The notes below the pieces were generated by a model. The model made no database searches. It saw only the letters and a list, made by a program, of their open reading frames with translations, and had not been told where the DNA came from. A DNA stretch of 64,000 bases from Octopus sinensis (lineage: Eukaryota), in contig NC_043007.1 of the NCBI RefSeq assembly GCF_006345805.1, forward strand, positions 48,732,001 through 48,796,000, in the 5' to 3' direction. This document shows positions 62,807 to 64,000 of the stretch, piece after piece. The position numbers were made by a program, and so were the translations under genes. Within the stretch, counting starts at the first letter, position 1. Each line of letters opens with the position of its first letter.

Positions 62807-64000
62807 GTTTGTATCTAGCTTTTACTCTTCTTATGTTCTCACATAACACATTTTAATATTTCAATTGGTTTTAGAGAATTCTTCATAGACTTTTGTAATG
62901 CTCCAGCATGACTTCCAACTAAAGAACCACACAATAGTATGTTTTTTTATCAGATTAGTTTCAAGAAAGTGCTGTTCCCATGGCTTTTGCAGGCCCTCTG
63001 GAACAGGTGAGATTAACATGGTTAAAATTTGTCTTGAGCAGTTGCAGACAAAAGAGAAGGAAAAAAACATTCAGGATGGGAAATACAAAGATCTGACATC
63101 CCAAAGGAAAAGGGTTCTGTTTAGTGATTAGAATGTGTTTAGTAGAGTTGGTTTGGGCTGGAACTAAGATGAGTGATGAGATGAGAGGAGAGGTGAGTGA
63201 ATTGGGAATATCTGAGTAGAGAACACACAAGACCAGCTAGTTTTGAGATGCAGAGGCCACTATAGTAATAATGGAAAACAGAGAGGAGGCATGTATGTAA
63301 TCCACCATGTATCATCATTTACATAACTGCATATCCACCATGGGTCATTATTATGTGAGCAGGGACATTGACAATATATTAAGAAGTCTCTAAAACTTTG
63401 TAGATTCCAACCTACAAAGGTACTTGCTTCTGGTCTCTTAATTTGCTAAAAATAGCATCCAACTGCTAAAAGCAATAGTTGGGTCAAGATAAAGATCCAG
63501 TTTTATGTTCTTGGAGGACTCCACCTTGTCTGTTTCTGTTGTAGGTGAGAATGTCAAAGATGTTGATCGCTTCACTTATCTTGGCAGTGAGATTCATAGC
63601 AGCATTAGGAATAGTGTGTGTATATAACTTTGATAAGTTTCGGCCAGTATAGGCCCAGGCCATGTCTAACTAATATATTAATGATAATATATATAAAAGG
63701 AGATAACTCCAATAACATCATCTAATGTAAATTTTTCTAAAATAAAAGGCAATACAATTAGGAATGGATCTTGCTTTTAGACCCTTTGAAAACACAGACC
63801 TTGCACTGGTTATGTAATCACCATACCTTCCTCATGCACATGGTATGATTTTACCTGCGCATCAACCTCCTTTACTCTCACTATCCCATTCTGCCATACC
63901 TGAATTCCTATACACACCTCACCCTGATCCCATTGCAGTGTAATGGATACACTCCTATACATGCATGCACCCCACACCATTTTGCTTTCCAGCTCCCACC

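Noticed and set aside
62954-63006. Candidate exon with good AG/GT sites (ISFKKVLFPWLLQALWNR)
   Set aside because: No similarity to the expected next kelch segment (RGWN...W..P...G..P.PRAAH).

Overview
This is AT-rich animal genomic DNA. The repeat families resemble those of octopus/coleoid cephalopods (inference from recalled repeat types, not a database hit). Two spliced genes lie on the + strand. The first is the 3' nine coding exons of COQ6 (1218-36438, 352 aa + stop, all GT-AG and phase-consistent). The second is the first four coding exons of a KLHDC1/2-like kelch gene (53562-62806), which continues past the window. Introns and intergenic DNA are filled with microsatellites, three tRNA-derived SINE families, RTE/CR1/R4/CRE-like non-LTR remnants, two mariner elements, a MITE and Penelope-like elements (PLEs). 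The most notable feature is in a COQ6 intron at 30165-31027: a retrozyme/viroid-like cassette. It is a 353-bp-period head-to-tail repeat with a complete minimal type I hammerhead ribozyme motif on the gene's sense strand (30814-30858), preceded by an inverted copy of itself and embedded in (TA)n. At least three other unrelated short elements in the window also carry hammerhead-like cores. Exon and hammerhead coordinates were counted base by base; most transposon boundaries are approximate.
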